Shown here piece by piece: positions 17,295 through 26,309 of a stretch of 31,480 nt of DNA. The translations under genes were made by a program, and so were the position numbers. Below the pieces are notes generated by a model, which saw only the letters and a program-made list of their open reading frames with translations, was not told where the DNA came from and did no database searches. The stretch is taken from positions 1 to 31,480 of IMG/VR virus record IMGVR_UViG_3300033146_006832; one strand, given 5' to 3'. This DNA comes from a virus (taxonomy: Duplodnaviria > Caudoviricetes). Within the stretch, counting starts at the first letter, position 1. Each line of letters begins with the position of its first letter.

Positions 17295-17922
17295 TATCAA
17301 GTCCTAGATGATTAAGGATTTTATCAATTTTTTCTTGTTGCTCTTTGAAACCTTCGATCAATATTGACACCAAGTGATCATAAGCGATACCTTCAATAAT
17401 TCCGTTTTCCACTTTAACAACTTCAGGAACAACATCGAAAACATCTTCGGCGATCAAACCAATATCTGGTGAGCCGTTACTTTTCCAATTAAAAGTTACA
17501 CCTTCTAATTGTTTTATTGTCTCTGTTGCCAATTGAATTTTGGAAATATTTGTTTTAAATCTTCTTGAAGATATTGAGTTAAAACCTGTGGCATTAACTT
17601 CACCTGATCCATCATACTGAACTAAAGCATAATTGTGAGGTAACCAGTTCGCTGAATCCACTAAAGAAAAATGAGTATTGGACATCAGACCATGTTCAGA
17701 ATCCGTCGCCAGCATATTCCGCCAAACGTCTGACATTCTTATATACCAAGCATCAGGATTGGTAGAAGTGTTTCTCCAAATATTACCATCAACAACTGTG
17801 GTCACCAGGGCTGGATCGGAAGGACTAATAAATATTCCCCCACCGCCAGAACCGGTTCCGCTTCCCATCCCCGCGACTTTAGCTTTTTCTAATCTATTTT
17901 TAAAAATACGTTTTACAGCCAT
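17287..17922 (-). CDS. short fibre/spike with C-terminal peptidase S74 intramolecular chaperone, 211 aa
   Basis: SSRRFKTNI...LEGVTFNWK...IGLIAEDVFDVVPEVV...IAYDHLVSILIEGFKEQQ. Confidence 0.88.
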   Translation of the reverse strand: MAVKRIFKNRLEKAKVAGMGSGTGSGGGGIFISPSDPALVTTVVDGNIWRNTSTNPDAWYIRMSDVWRNMLATDSEHGLMSNTHFSLVDSANWLPHNYALVQYDGSGEVNATGFNSISSRRFKTNISKIQLATETIKQLEGVTFNWKSNGSPDIGLIAEDVFDVVPEVVKVENGIIEGIAYDHLVSILIEGFKEQQEKIDKILNHLGLDNE

Positions 17923-17931
17923 TGTTTTTCC

Positions 17932-19059
17932 TTATGAAATTCTGGTGGCGACTATCATAAACTGAGGATAATGAATCGATGTTTGTGTTGATGGTGTTAC
18001 TGATAAAGTTATTGTCCCCGATCCTTGTCCAATTCCTAAAGCTACCGTCTGGGTATCTGAAGTTGGCGCTGACATACCAATTGTTGTTCCATTAAATTTC
18101 AGTGTTCCTATACCAGCACCTGGCGTTCCATTTCCAGAATCATCACTAGCATGAAAACTGGAAGTTACGGCACATTTCCAAGTTCCTGTTGGAAGAGTCG
18201 TGTTCCAGGAATAATCGTTAGTTCCTAATCGACCTGATGATACCATATATGTTGAACCGATTGAGGTTCCTGGTACCATAACATTCGCAGATATTTTGGC
18301 ATCAAAATCTTGGAGAACATTTTGGACATTGGTACTATTTGAGTTGACAAAGGTATCAACCGCTGTTATTTGGGAAGCTGTATAAGCTTTATCATAAAGA
18401 GCTTGATCAATATCATTCAAAACAGCCTGAACATTTAAAGCATTGGAATAATGGAATTGGTCAACACAAACTATTGAGCTTGCGCTATTTGAAAGCACTT
18501 GCCATGTATTGTCACCACGTAAGAAATTGGTATTATTTCCTCCACTTGGTAAAATCTCGTGCCATGTATTGTCACCACGTAAAAATGTTGAACTTGTTCC
18601 ACCAGCAGCAATTCTGTCATAAAGAGCTTGATCAATATCATTCAAAACAGCCTGAACATTAGTATTGTTTGAATAATGGAATTGATCGATACAATAAACA
18701 GAACTCGCATCGGCAGAAATACTTTGCCAAGTGTTGTCTCCACGTAAGAATGTAGTATTTGTGCCTCCGGTCGGTATATGTTTCGCGGTATTTGTTAAGT
18801 GAGTTTCGGTTGTTTGAATCCGAGCCTCAAACGGTCCTTTTAATCGATCCCAAGAAGACAGTGAATTTAATTGTTCAATATCCCATCCTGAAGAACCAAC
18901 TCTTAAAGGTGAACCGGGAATTCCTGTTGCCACGCTAACTAGAATTCGATCAGCATTTTGCAGGTCCTGAATACCTGTACCACCATTTTCTACAGGTAGA
19001 ATATTGATCGAGTTCGCAAGATCGTATTCCACATATCTATCATCAAGTTTATTTGACAT
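17932..19059 (-). CDS. tail fibre-like protein with internal repeats, 375 aa
   Basis: LPVENGGTG motif, three FLRGDNTW repeats, two CxDQFHYSNxxNVQAVLNDIDQALYD repeats plus one degenerate copy, Gly/Ser/Thr-rich tip. Confidence 0.75.
   Translation of the reverse strand: MSNKLDDRYVEYDLANSINILPVENGGTGIQDLQNADRILVSVATGIPGSPLRVGSSGWDIEQLNSLSSWDRLKGPFEARIQTTETHLTNTAKHIPTGGTNTTFLRGDNTWQSISADASSVYCIDQFHYSNNTNVQAVLNDIDQALYDRIAAGGTSSTFLRGDNTWHEILPSGGNNTNFLRGDNTWQVLSNSASSIVCVDQFHYSNALNVQAVLNDIDQALYDKAYTASQITAVDTFVNSNSTNVQNVLQDFDAKISANVMVPGTSIGSTYMVSSGRLGTNDYSWNTTLPTGTWKCAVTSSFHASDDSGNGTPGAGIGTLKFNGTTIGMSAPTSDTQTVALGIGQGSGTITLSVTPSTQTSIHYPQFMIVATRIS
18392..18750. repeat. nested internal duplications (225-bp and 60-bp spacing)
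   Basis: tcataaagagcttgatcaatatcattcaaaacagcctgaacatt is identical at 18392 and 18617; gccatgtattgtcaccacgtaa is identical at 18501 and 18561, with a diverged copy at 18726. Confidence 0.9.
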
Positions 19060-19074
19060 AATTTCCTCTAAAAC

Positions 19075-19082
19075 TATTTATA
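19075..19082 (-). promoter_or_regulatory. T4-type late promoter TATAAATA
   Basis: Exact match in the short gap upstream of SD GAGGA and ATG 19059. Confidence 0.8.
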
Positions 19083-19091
19083 TCTTTGAAT

Positions 19092-19463
19092 TTACGCGGG
19101 TTCTGTAGGCCAAATAACATCATCAGCATTGGTAAACGTGTTAGGTAAATCCCTTAAGGATTGTCGATACGCAATCCAAGCATCTTTTGTGGTTTGATCA
19201 AACGGAATATCGTTTACTTGAGTAAAATCCGAATTTCTTAAAAGCTGGTCTCTAGTATCCCGAATTTTCAACCATTTATCTGCCTCAACAACTTCCGCAT
19301 CGTATGTTGTTATGAAACCATCAATTTCAGTTGTTGTGGGCTGATCCTCAGTTCTTGTCCATGCTGAAATAAAAGGTCCATTACCGTCAAGTAAATCACT
19401 TAATTCCCAATCACCAGGCACAAAATCTGTATATTCTTTTTTTAAAATTTCATGTAAATTCAT
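19092..19463 (-). CDS. tail fibre assembly chaperone, 123 aa
   Basis: WLKIRDTRDQLLRNSDFTQVNDIP...WIAYRQSLRDLP...VIWPTEP signature; XkdW-like N-terminus (DGNGPFISAW); abuts the fibre gene upstream. Confidence 0.88.
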   Translation of the reverse strand: MNLHEILKKEYTDFVPGDWELSDLLDGNGPFISAWTRTEDQPTTTEIDGFITTYDAEVVEADKWLKIRDTRDQLLRNSDFTQVNDIPFDQTTKDAWIAYRQSLRDLPNTFTNADDVIWPTEPA

Positions 19464-22046
19464 TTATCTCAACTCCGTCCAATAATATATTGTAATAGGA
19501 TTAACAGTTCTTAATCTAAAATAATGATTTTCCGGCACGATAACCATCTGTCCAGTAAGAACAGAGGACTGGAGAAAAGTGACCCAAACTGAACCGTTTG
19601 TTGATATTTCTGGAAAAATATCATCACCGGTTGCTCTAACTTTGATCGCAATTGGTTTACTTGTAGTGTTTTGGTAACTAACATTTGCTGACCGAGAAGC
19701 AGTAACATCTTGCCAGGTTTGAGCAATTCCTAATCCAACAGTATTATTTTGAATTGTTGTTACCAAATCGGTTATATCAGCAGAAACGTGATTATGTCCA
19801 TCAACAGCAAAATATGTGGAATCGTGGCTGTCAAGTTTATCAGAATCCGCAGCTTTGTCACCAATTCCAAGATAGGTAAGATCGTGATTATGTCCATCAA
19901 CAGCAAAATATGTGGAATCGTGGCTGTCAAGTTTATCAGAATCCGCAGCTTTGCCAGCAATTCCAAGATAGGTAAGATCGTGATTATGTCCATCAAGAGC
20001 AGCACCAATTTGGGCGGCAGTAACAACATGAGGATTGCTTGTGTCTGAAACGTGAGTGCTGATAGCCGCAAGTGCGGCTGGATCCAATTCAGTGAAGTTC
20101 GTTTGCCAATCTTCAAGTGTGCTGATTCTCGAAAGAACGTTCACTGAATCAACATGAACTCCAGTGTCCGCAATATGAGTGTTCATTAAAATTGTGTTAT
20201 CAGAACTTAAATCCGCATAGGTGTATTTTTCATAAAATTCGATTACATCACCTGAATTTACAGGAACCAGCATTTGAACAGTATGTAAATCCGTTTCGGT
20301 GTAGTCAACATCAAGAATCTGGCGAACGCGATTCAGATAAAGTTCAAGAGCTTTTTCACCGATGGTATAACTACCTGCGTTTGGAACAGTGATAATTTGA
20401 TTTGTTGAGGACGCAACGAAATATTCACGTAATCTGGTGTATGTACCGATAGAATAATTCCAAGAACCATAGAAAACACCAAAACTGTGGAATTGAACAT
20501 CATCAGCATCCAGTTCAAATTTAAAATACATTTCATCTATCACACTAGCGGGTATTATGATATCGTTTTTATCGATTGGAATCCAACCGGGATCCGTTGC
20601 ACTTAGTGGATCTCCCCCACCAGAACCAACCAATGAATAAGAAATTGTTACTCCATCATTGTCAGTTTTGTTTGTTAAGGGATGAACAAAGAAACTGAAC
20701 AGATTGCCAGCATGATCTGGATTCCACATATTTCTTGTAGTGACATACCATGGACCTCCAGGATAATCCTCCACTTTATACAGGGAATTTTCACTAGACC
20801 AATTCAAGTTTTGTGTAATGACTGAATCCGCTTGATCAATTTCATCAAACAGGTCATAATAGCCAAAAGCGTAAGGAGTTTTATCTAAAATTTCAGCATA
20901 GTACTCCAATTCTGAAGAACCAGTTCCAGTTCCAGCACCACCTTCACCAGAACCCATAATTTTCCAGTCTATTCCATCATGAGTGAACTGCCATCTATCT
21001 ATGGATTCGTTGTAGCGAATTCCAACTGGCCATTCAGCGCCACGGTCAACCATTAAGGAAAAGTTGTTTTCTGGAGAACCTGTAATCTGAGCAGTATTGG
21101 CACGAATTTTTCCACCCTCAAGAAGCAAGGAAGCATCACCGCCAATAATAGCATCATCTTCTGAGATTAAACCTTCCTCAAAAGTGATTGTCCGACCGGC
21201 AGTATCAGGAATATCCTTTCGGAGAAACATCATATCACAGTCGTTTTTTGTATATATAATGCCATTTGTGACTAAAATTTGGACAAAGGCATCAATATCT
21301 TCTGGTCTTGTTGTTAGAATTCTGTGATAGGTTTCACCGTCATCCATAGAAGCTTCATAACAAGCATCAAAAATATTGTAACGAACGTAGTCCGTGAAAA
21401 AACCTTGTTTCTTCTCGATACTTACACCAAACAGACCTTTAACTAAAGCCACATTAAAGAATTCAATTGTGCTTGGTTGTGTCGGTGGATTCAGTGGATC
21501 AATAGGTGCCGCAGCAAACGTCAAAAATACTTCAGCGTGGGCTAATATTGATGGTATATTTACCACATTGAGATTAAAGGATACTTGAAATCTTTTTTCA
21601 TGTCCGAATTCATCAAATTGTGGTTCGATTATTTTAACTAGGTCCGTCTGGAAATCATTTGGATCAGAATAGTTTATGTCCTGGATCAACGGTTCCCAAT
21701 GATTCATTCCAACTTGATGTCCACGTATAGAAACTTGAATAGGACCAGAAATTTTTACATCGAGAATCAAAGTATGAACGCTATCATCGGACAATCTGTA
21801 ACAAACATCCTGGCGAATATAATCACCAATATTTATTACATGATTTCCTGGTCCAGAAGGCATTCCATAGAATTCCCATCCAGCCATTTTTTGATTGTTA
21901 GCTGAATCCCTAACAGATTCAGTAACACTTGGATTAATAATTTTATTTTCAAATCCACCTTCACCTAACTTTTCAATCATAGTATTATAAATTGATTTAA
22001 TGTTAAAAAGTGAAGATTGATCTGGTATTAAAAAATTGTCATTCAT
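19464..22046 (-). CDS. tail fibre protein, 860 aa
   Basis: HVSDTSNPHVVTAAQIGA, HNHxxxYLGIxxKAADSDKLD repeats, C-terminal GLGIAQTWQDVTASRS...YQNTTSKPI...WTELR tip domain; followed by a chaperone gene. Confidence 0.85.
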   Translation of the reverse strand: MNDNFLIPDQSSLFNIKSIYNTMIEKLGEGGFENKIINPSVTESVRDSANNQKMAGWEFYGMPSGPGNHVINIGDYIRQDVCYRLSDDSVHTLILDVKISGPIQVSIRGHQVGMNHWEPLIQDINYSDPNDFQTDLVKIIEPQFDEFGHEKRFQVSFNLNVVNIPSILAHAEVFLTFAAAPIDPLNPPTQPSTIEFFNVALVKGLFGVSIEKKQGFFTDYVRYNIFDACYEASMDDGETYHRILTTRPEDIDAFVQILVTNGIIYTKNDCDMMFLRKDIPDTAGRTITFEEGLISEDDAIIGGDASLLLEGGKIRANTAQITGSPENNFSLMVDRGAEWPVGIRYNESIDRWQFTHDGIDWKIMGSGEGGAGTGTGSSELEYYAEILDKTPYAFGYYDLFDEIDQADSVITQNLNWSSENSLYKVEDYPGGPWYVTTRNMWNPDHAGNLFSFFVHPLTNKTDNDGVTISYSLVGSGGGDPLSATDPGWIPIDKNDIIIPASVIDEMYFKFELDADDVQFHSFGVFYGSWNYSIGTYTRLREYFVASSTNQIITVPNAGSYTIGEKALELYLNRVRQILDVDYTETDLHTVQMLVPVNSGDVIEFYEKYTYADLSSDNTILMNTHIADTGVHVDSVNVLSRISTLEDWQTNFTELDPAALAAISTHVSDTSNPHVVTAAQIGAALDGHNHDLTYLGIAGKAADSDKLDSHDSTYFAVDGHNHDLTYLGIGDKAADSDKLDSHDSTYFAVDGHNHVSADITDLVTTIQNNTVGLGIAQTWQDVTASRSANVSYQNTTSKPIAIKVRATGDDIFPEISTNGSVWVTFLQSSVLTGQMVIVPENHYFRLRTVNPITIYYWTELR
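19787..19996. repeat. 96-bp tandem duplication (about 2.2 copies)
   Basis: Units begin at 19787, 19883 and 19979; the two full copies differ at two positions (IGDKA vs IAGKA). Confidence 0.95.
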
Positions 22047-22064
22047 GTTTAAAAACCTTTATAC

Positions 22065-23480
22065 TCATGTTTTCATTATGTAACAGAGCGCGAAATATGG
22101 AGGCAAATTTTTGTTGGTTGCTGTTCCGCCTGTTGAATGTATTGATATTCCAGTTGCTTTACTTTTTATGGAAATACCAGTTGTTTTAGATAGAGCAGCT
22201 CCAGTTAAATCTCCGGCACCACGAGAAGTGTGATAAAATGCCGTGTGACCTGTTGATGTGTTTCCACCTTTAACTGTGTGGGTGTGACCTGGATCAGTAA
22301 CACTATGGGTATGTTTTGGATCGTTAATTGTGTGATTGTGACTTACAAGTGAAGCATCTTTCGATCCACCGGTAGCACCAACAGCATAACTACTTCCAGC
22401 ACCGATAATAAATCTGTTTCGTAAGTCAGGTGTTCCGTTTGCTCCATCACATAATTTCCAACCAGAGGGTATATTAGTGGCAGCTCCGCTCCATAAAACA
22501 ATCATACCAGTTTTAACTGACATTAAATCCGCGGCATGATAACCATCAAGTAAATCAGCATTTAGACCGGTGCCTATACCATCATTTTTGTCTGTCCAAA
22601 CTTTTGCCCAATCACTCCATACTAATGGATTATGAACACCAGTTCGTATTGAAGCTTCTGGTTCTGTAGCATGAAAAATCATTTGCGCTATTGTGTCTTG
22701 GGAACCATGTAATACTAATAATTGGCCCCAATCATAACCTGTCGGTAAATTAGGATTGGTATTTTGAACTCGCCATGCCCCTGAGGCTAAGATATCATCC
22801 AAATCTGTATCATCTGCAAATTTTGATACCATTACATCGGTATTAGTTGTCAACATGAAATCATCTGCTTGATGACCGTCAAGCAAATCAGCGTTTAGTC
22901 CCGAGTTTGGTCCATCGTTGGCACTATTCCAATTTTGAATTGTTGTTACATCAATAAATTTTGTTGAGGCTGGTTTTGAAACATCTTCATAACCGGTAAC
23001 TCGATTAACCTTTTCGCCTTCAATAGAAGAAATCCATACCATTGAACTAAATGAATTCCAATAACCAATTCTTGGAAACCAAATATTAAAAAATCCATCA
23101 CCATCCATTAACAGAGTCACTATACCCATTGATAGAATATTTGAACAGACTGAAGTTGAGGTATGGAACACTCCACCATATAGATAGGTTTGACCATTGA
23201 TAACATGTGGCGGAAGGGCCACACTGTAGCTTTTACCAGTAATTTCAAAGTTGATACTAGGTCCATTAGTACCAGAAATATTAATGTCTGTTTTGATCAA
23301 AGTGCCATTTGTAAAATCGTTGAAGGAAATTATCCCGGCTGCTGAATTGGGAGCGGTTTCAACAGCAGCCAATCTGCCTTCAAAAGCAATAATATTTGGA
23401 GTCGCACGTTCGATGGGAGTAACTTTTTTGCTAATTACTCTACCTATTCCGGGCTCATTTTTAATAATTTGTTCTGACAT
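22065..23480 (-). CDS. short tail fibre-like protein with knob and tail collar domains, 471 aa
   Basis: Two GLNADLLDG motifs, pyocin-knob-like DLDDILASGAWRV...WGQLLV...IAQM, collar GMIVLWSG...IPSGWKLCDGANGTPDLRNRFIIGAG, HNH/HTH/HTH, NLPPYFALCYIMKT. Confidence 0.88.
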   Translation of the reverse strand: MSEQIIKNEPGIGRVISKKVTPIERATPNIIAFEGRLAAVETAPNSAAGIISFNDFTNGTLIKTDINISGTNGPSINFEITGKSYSVALPPHVINGQTYLYGGVFHTSTSVCSNILSMGIVTLLMDGDGFFNIWFPRIGYWNSFSSMVWISSIEGEKVNRVTGYEDVSKPASTKFIDVTTIQNWNSANDGPNSGLNADLLDGHQADDFMLTTNTDVMVSKFADDTDLDDILASGAWRVQNTNPNLPTGYDWGQLLVLHGSQDTIAQMIFHATEPEASIRTGVHNPLVWSDWAKVWTDKNDGIGTGLNADLLDGYHAADLMSVKTGMIVLWSGAATNIPSGWKLCDGANGTPDLRNRFIIGAGSSYAVGATGGSKDASLVSHNHTINDPKHTHSVTDPGHTHTVKGGNTSTGHTAFYHTSRGAGDLTGAALSKTTGISIKSKATGISIHSTGGTATNKNLPPYFALCYIMKT

Positions 23481-23514
23481 AGATTTTCTTCCTGATCAAA
23501 AAGTTTGTTTTGAA

Positions 23515-23522
23515 TATTTATA
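23515..23522 (-). promoter_or_regulatory. T4-type late promoter TATAAATA
   Basis: Exact match immediately after the stop at 23523, upstream of SD AGGA and ATG 23480. Confidence 0.8.
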
Positions 23523-26300
23523 TTATTTTTGAACGCTTGCTTCCAAACTTTGAATTCGACTTTCTAATTCTTCAATTGTTTCTTGTTGTTCTTTGATACC
23601 TTCAATTAATAGACCAACAATGTTGCCATAAGCTACAGATTTTAGATCCTCTGGAGTTTTACCTTGAACAACCGCTTCAGGGAGAACTTTTTCAAGTTCT
23701 TGTGCTAAAACACCAGTGTGTCTTTCATTATTAAAATCCATTCGGTCAAAAGTGTAACCGTTGATTTTACCAATTTTTTCAATTGCGTTTGGAATTATTT
23801 CAAGATTCGTCTTAATTCTTTCATCTGAAAAAGCAGTTACGTTGCCAGTGGCGATAATATTGCCCATCACCTGAAGATCAGCCGCGGTTGCTTCACCTGT
23901 GCCACTTAAAATCAATCCGTTGGATTCATGGCGAAGCTCACAAGCGGTAAAGCCGCTTCTATGAAAACCAATAGCCACATCAGTTTCATTAGTTGATCTT
24001 AATTCTAACTGACTGTTTGAATATGTGGAGCTAGTTCCTATATTTCTTATAATTGTTAATTTGCCGTTTATAACAGCATCAACATCTGCCCGTAAATATT
24101 TTGAAGAAAGTGCTACGGATCCTTCAACAAATGATGTGGCAGAAATAGTATTGGCAGAAATAGTAGTAGATGAAATTACAGGAACATTCAGTGTTCCGCT
24201 GAAACTTCCAGCTCCACCAAAAGAACAGTCTCCTGTTACTGTCAAATCACCATTTAAAGTACCGTCAATATCACTTCGTAAATATTTGGCAGAAATTAAT
24301 GTTCCGTTCTCAATAAAGGCTGATGCCGTTACGGTATTCGCTGTAATTTGAGGAACAGTTATTGTACCGGCGAAACTAGCATCCCCACCAAAAATTGCGT
24401 TTCCTGAAGAATTTATAAGAACATTTTCTTTTCTTGATGCCCATCCGGAAACCCAATTATCAGGTGAAGCGACAACTCTTACACTTGAATCCCCACCAAG
24501 CCATAATGTTTCAGACGGTCCCATATTTGTTGAGTTTAAATAGTTTGCTGTTTCCCCAGCACCAATCCCGAGTTGAGTAGCGTTGGTGTTTCCAATTACA
24601 TCCGCGGAGATTCTTGTAAAACTTATAGGACCTACTGCTGTATCGGGAACATCTGAACGTAAAAATTGCGTTGAATCCAAACCATCCAAAAGTTCAGAGT
24701 CCGCCACTATGCCGCCAGATGGAGCGCCACCACCGGTGCCCGATCCATTTATAACTTCAGAATAAACCTCTTTAAATACAACATATTTTGTATCCATCAG
24801 AGCAAAAGTAAACGTGACTTGATTACTTTTTTCCACAAATCCAACATCAACTTCGTTATAATCGATTCCCTCAAGCATTCTGATTCCGTCATAGAATACT
24901 TCAAGAGATTTACCGTCTCGATGATACCAATTGGTACCAGGAATTGTTACAGGCTGTCCTGTTGCTATGTTGGAATTAAAAACCTCAAGGAATCCATTTG
25001 GAGGATTTCCGGAAATAGATTCATGTCCGAATAAAACACCATATGATGTTACGCGAGTAAGTCCGGCGGACTCGAACGTCAGCCGAATTTTTAACTCATC
25101 AAATTCCTCTGGAGCGAAAACAGTTTCTTTGATTGGACAAGCGATCCATCCTTGATACACTCCCGCAATGCCATAGTTGTAATCGGCAGTGAATACAGCA
25201 GTACCTTCAATAACCGGATGAATATATAGAGAATTTGAGCTTGGTGTTCCAGCAGGAATAACGTTGTCAGTCTCGAAAGAATCTCCGGCTGTTCCAGTTA
25301 TGCTACCAACACCTGTTCCATCAATCGCTGTGGTATAGGATGCGCCATCATGAAGAATGACAGTACCTTGTTCTTGAAGGGTATTATATGACACATTTGA
25401 AAAATCCGAACTTTCCAAAAGTGCTTGAAAAACCATATCTTCTCTGGTCCAATCACCACCACCAGCTCCACCACCAGCTCCACCGTCGGCAGAAATTGTT
25501 AAAGCAGGCCAAAGTCCACCCATTCCATCATCAATATTTGAAGCTTCAATGGTAATACCGGCACCTTCAAGAATATTATCTTGATGAATAAAAGCAATAG
25601 TTTTTTGTTCAATTAACAGATTCATTTTAGCATCGAAATCAGGTGAATCTGTCCAAATTTGTTCCCAAGTTATTCCTTCATCGACTGTTATTTCCCAAAA
25701 ATCATGAACATTATTCCATCGAACTTTTTCACTTAATTCGGCATAGGTTGCTCCTAATAGGGCAAGATTTCCGATTGTCATGATAATATTTTTAAATGTA
25801 ATCTCAACAGTAACATTCGATGTATTTTGAATTTTGAATTGGGCATTCCCGAGAGTTCCAGAGGATTTTGTTTTAAATCTTAGAACATTTTTCTGATCTT
25901 CAATGACCATTTCAACATTATTTTCAACATTGGAATCCACAATAAAGTCCGCAGTTGTTGATTCAACACTTATTGTAACTTCGGCAGTATTATCTCTTTC
26001 GGCATCAAAAACTAACGTGTATTCAGTATCTAATTCCAATGCCAAATCTTGTGTCATTTGATCCAGATCGGAAAATTCATAGGTGATAGTTTTGTTATCT
26101 AAATCAATTGACGTTGGTGTGTCAACATCAACTGTGCCCAATGAATGCCAAGCAAAAACTGAACCTGCTCTTGTTTCAAGAAAATTTGGATTTTTAATTT
26201 TATTAACAAATTCTTGAGAGAATAAATCATCTTGAAATTTATTTTGATTTTGCTTAAAATTAAAAATTGAAGCATTAGGTTGTGTTTTATATCTATCCAT
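23523..26300 (-). CDS. tail fibre/spike protein with C-terminal peptidase S74 chaperone, 925 aa
   Basis: ADSELLDGLDSTQFLRSD and KYLRSD fibre motifs; FSDERIKTN...NGYTFDR...TGVLAQELEKVLPEAV...VAYGNIVGLLIEGIKEQQ. Confidence 0.88.
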   Translation of the reverse strand: MDRYKTQPNASIFNFKQNQNKFQDDLFSQEFVNKIKNPNFLETRAGSVFAWHSLGTVDVDTPTSIDLDNKTITYEFSDLDQMTQDLALELDTEYTLVFDAERDNTAEVTISVESTTADFIVDSNVENNVEMVIEDQKNVLRFKTKSSGTLGNAQFKIQNTSNVTVEITFKNIIMTIGNLALLGATYAELSEKVRWNNVHDFWEITVDEGITWEQIWTDSPDFDAKMNLLIEQKTIAFIHQDNILEGAGITIEASNIDDGMGGLWPALTISADGGAGGGAGGGDWTREDMVFQALLESSDFSNVSYNTLQEQGTVILHDGASYTTAIDGTGVGSITGTAGDSFETDNVIPAGTPSSNSLYIHPVIEGTAVFTADYNYGIAGVYQGWIACPIKETVFAPEEFDELKIRLTFESAGLTRVTSYGVLFGHESISGNPPNGFLEVFNSNIATGQPVTIPGTNWYHRDGKSLEVFYDGIRMLEGIDYNEVDVGFVEKSNQVTFTFALMDTKYVVFKEVYSEVINGSGTGGGAPSGGIVADSELLDGLDSTQFLRSDVPDTAVGPISFTRISADVIGNTNATQLGIGAGETANYLNSTNMGPSETLWLGGDSSVRVVASPDNWVSGWASRKENVLINSSGNAIFGGDASFAGTITVPQITANTVTASAFIENGTLISAKYLRSDIDGTLNGDLTVTGDCSFGGAGSFSGTLNVPVISSTTISANTISATSFVEGSVALSSKYLRADVDAVINGKLTIIRNIGTSSTYSNSQLELRSTNETDVAIGFHRSGFTACELRHESNGLILSGTGEATAADLQVMGNIIATGNVTAFSDERIKTNLEIIPNAIEKIGKINGYTFDRMDFNNERHTGVLAQELEKVLPEAVVQGKTPEDLKSVAYGNIVGLLIEGIKEQQETIEELESRIQSLEASVQK

Positions 26301-26309
26301 TATTTTACC

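Noticed and set aside
18392-19996. Near-identical repeats as a DGR template/variable pair
   Set aside because: They are tandem and intragenic, mismatches are too few to show an adenine-specific pattern, and no reverse transcriptase is in the window.
3607-24099. Inverted homologous fibre segments as an invertible (shufflon/Gin-type) host-range switch
   Set aside because: The DNA is synonymously diverged, no exact inverted crossover sites were seen, and no recombinase is present.
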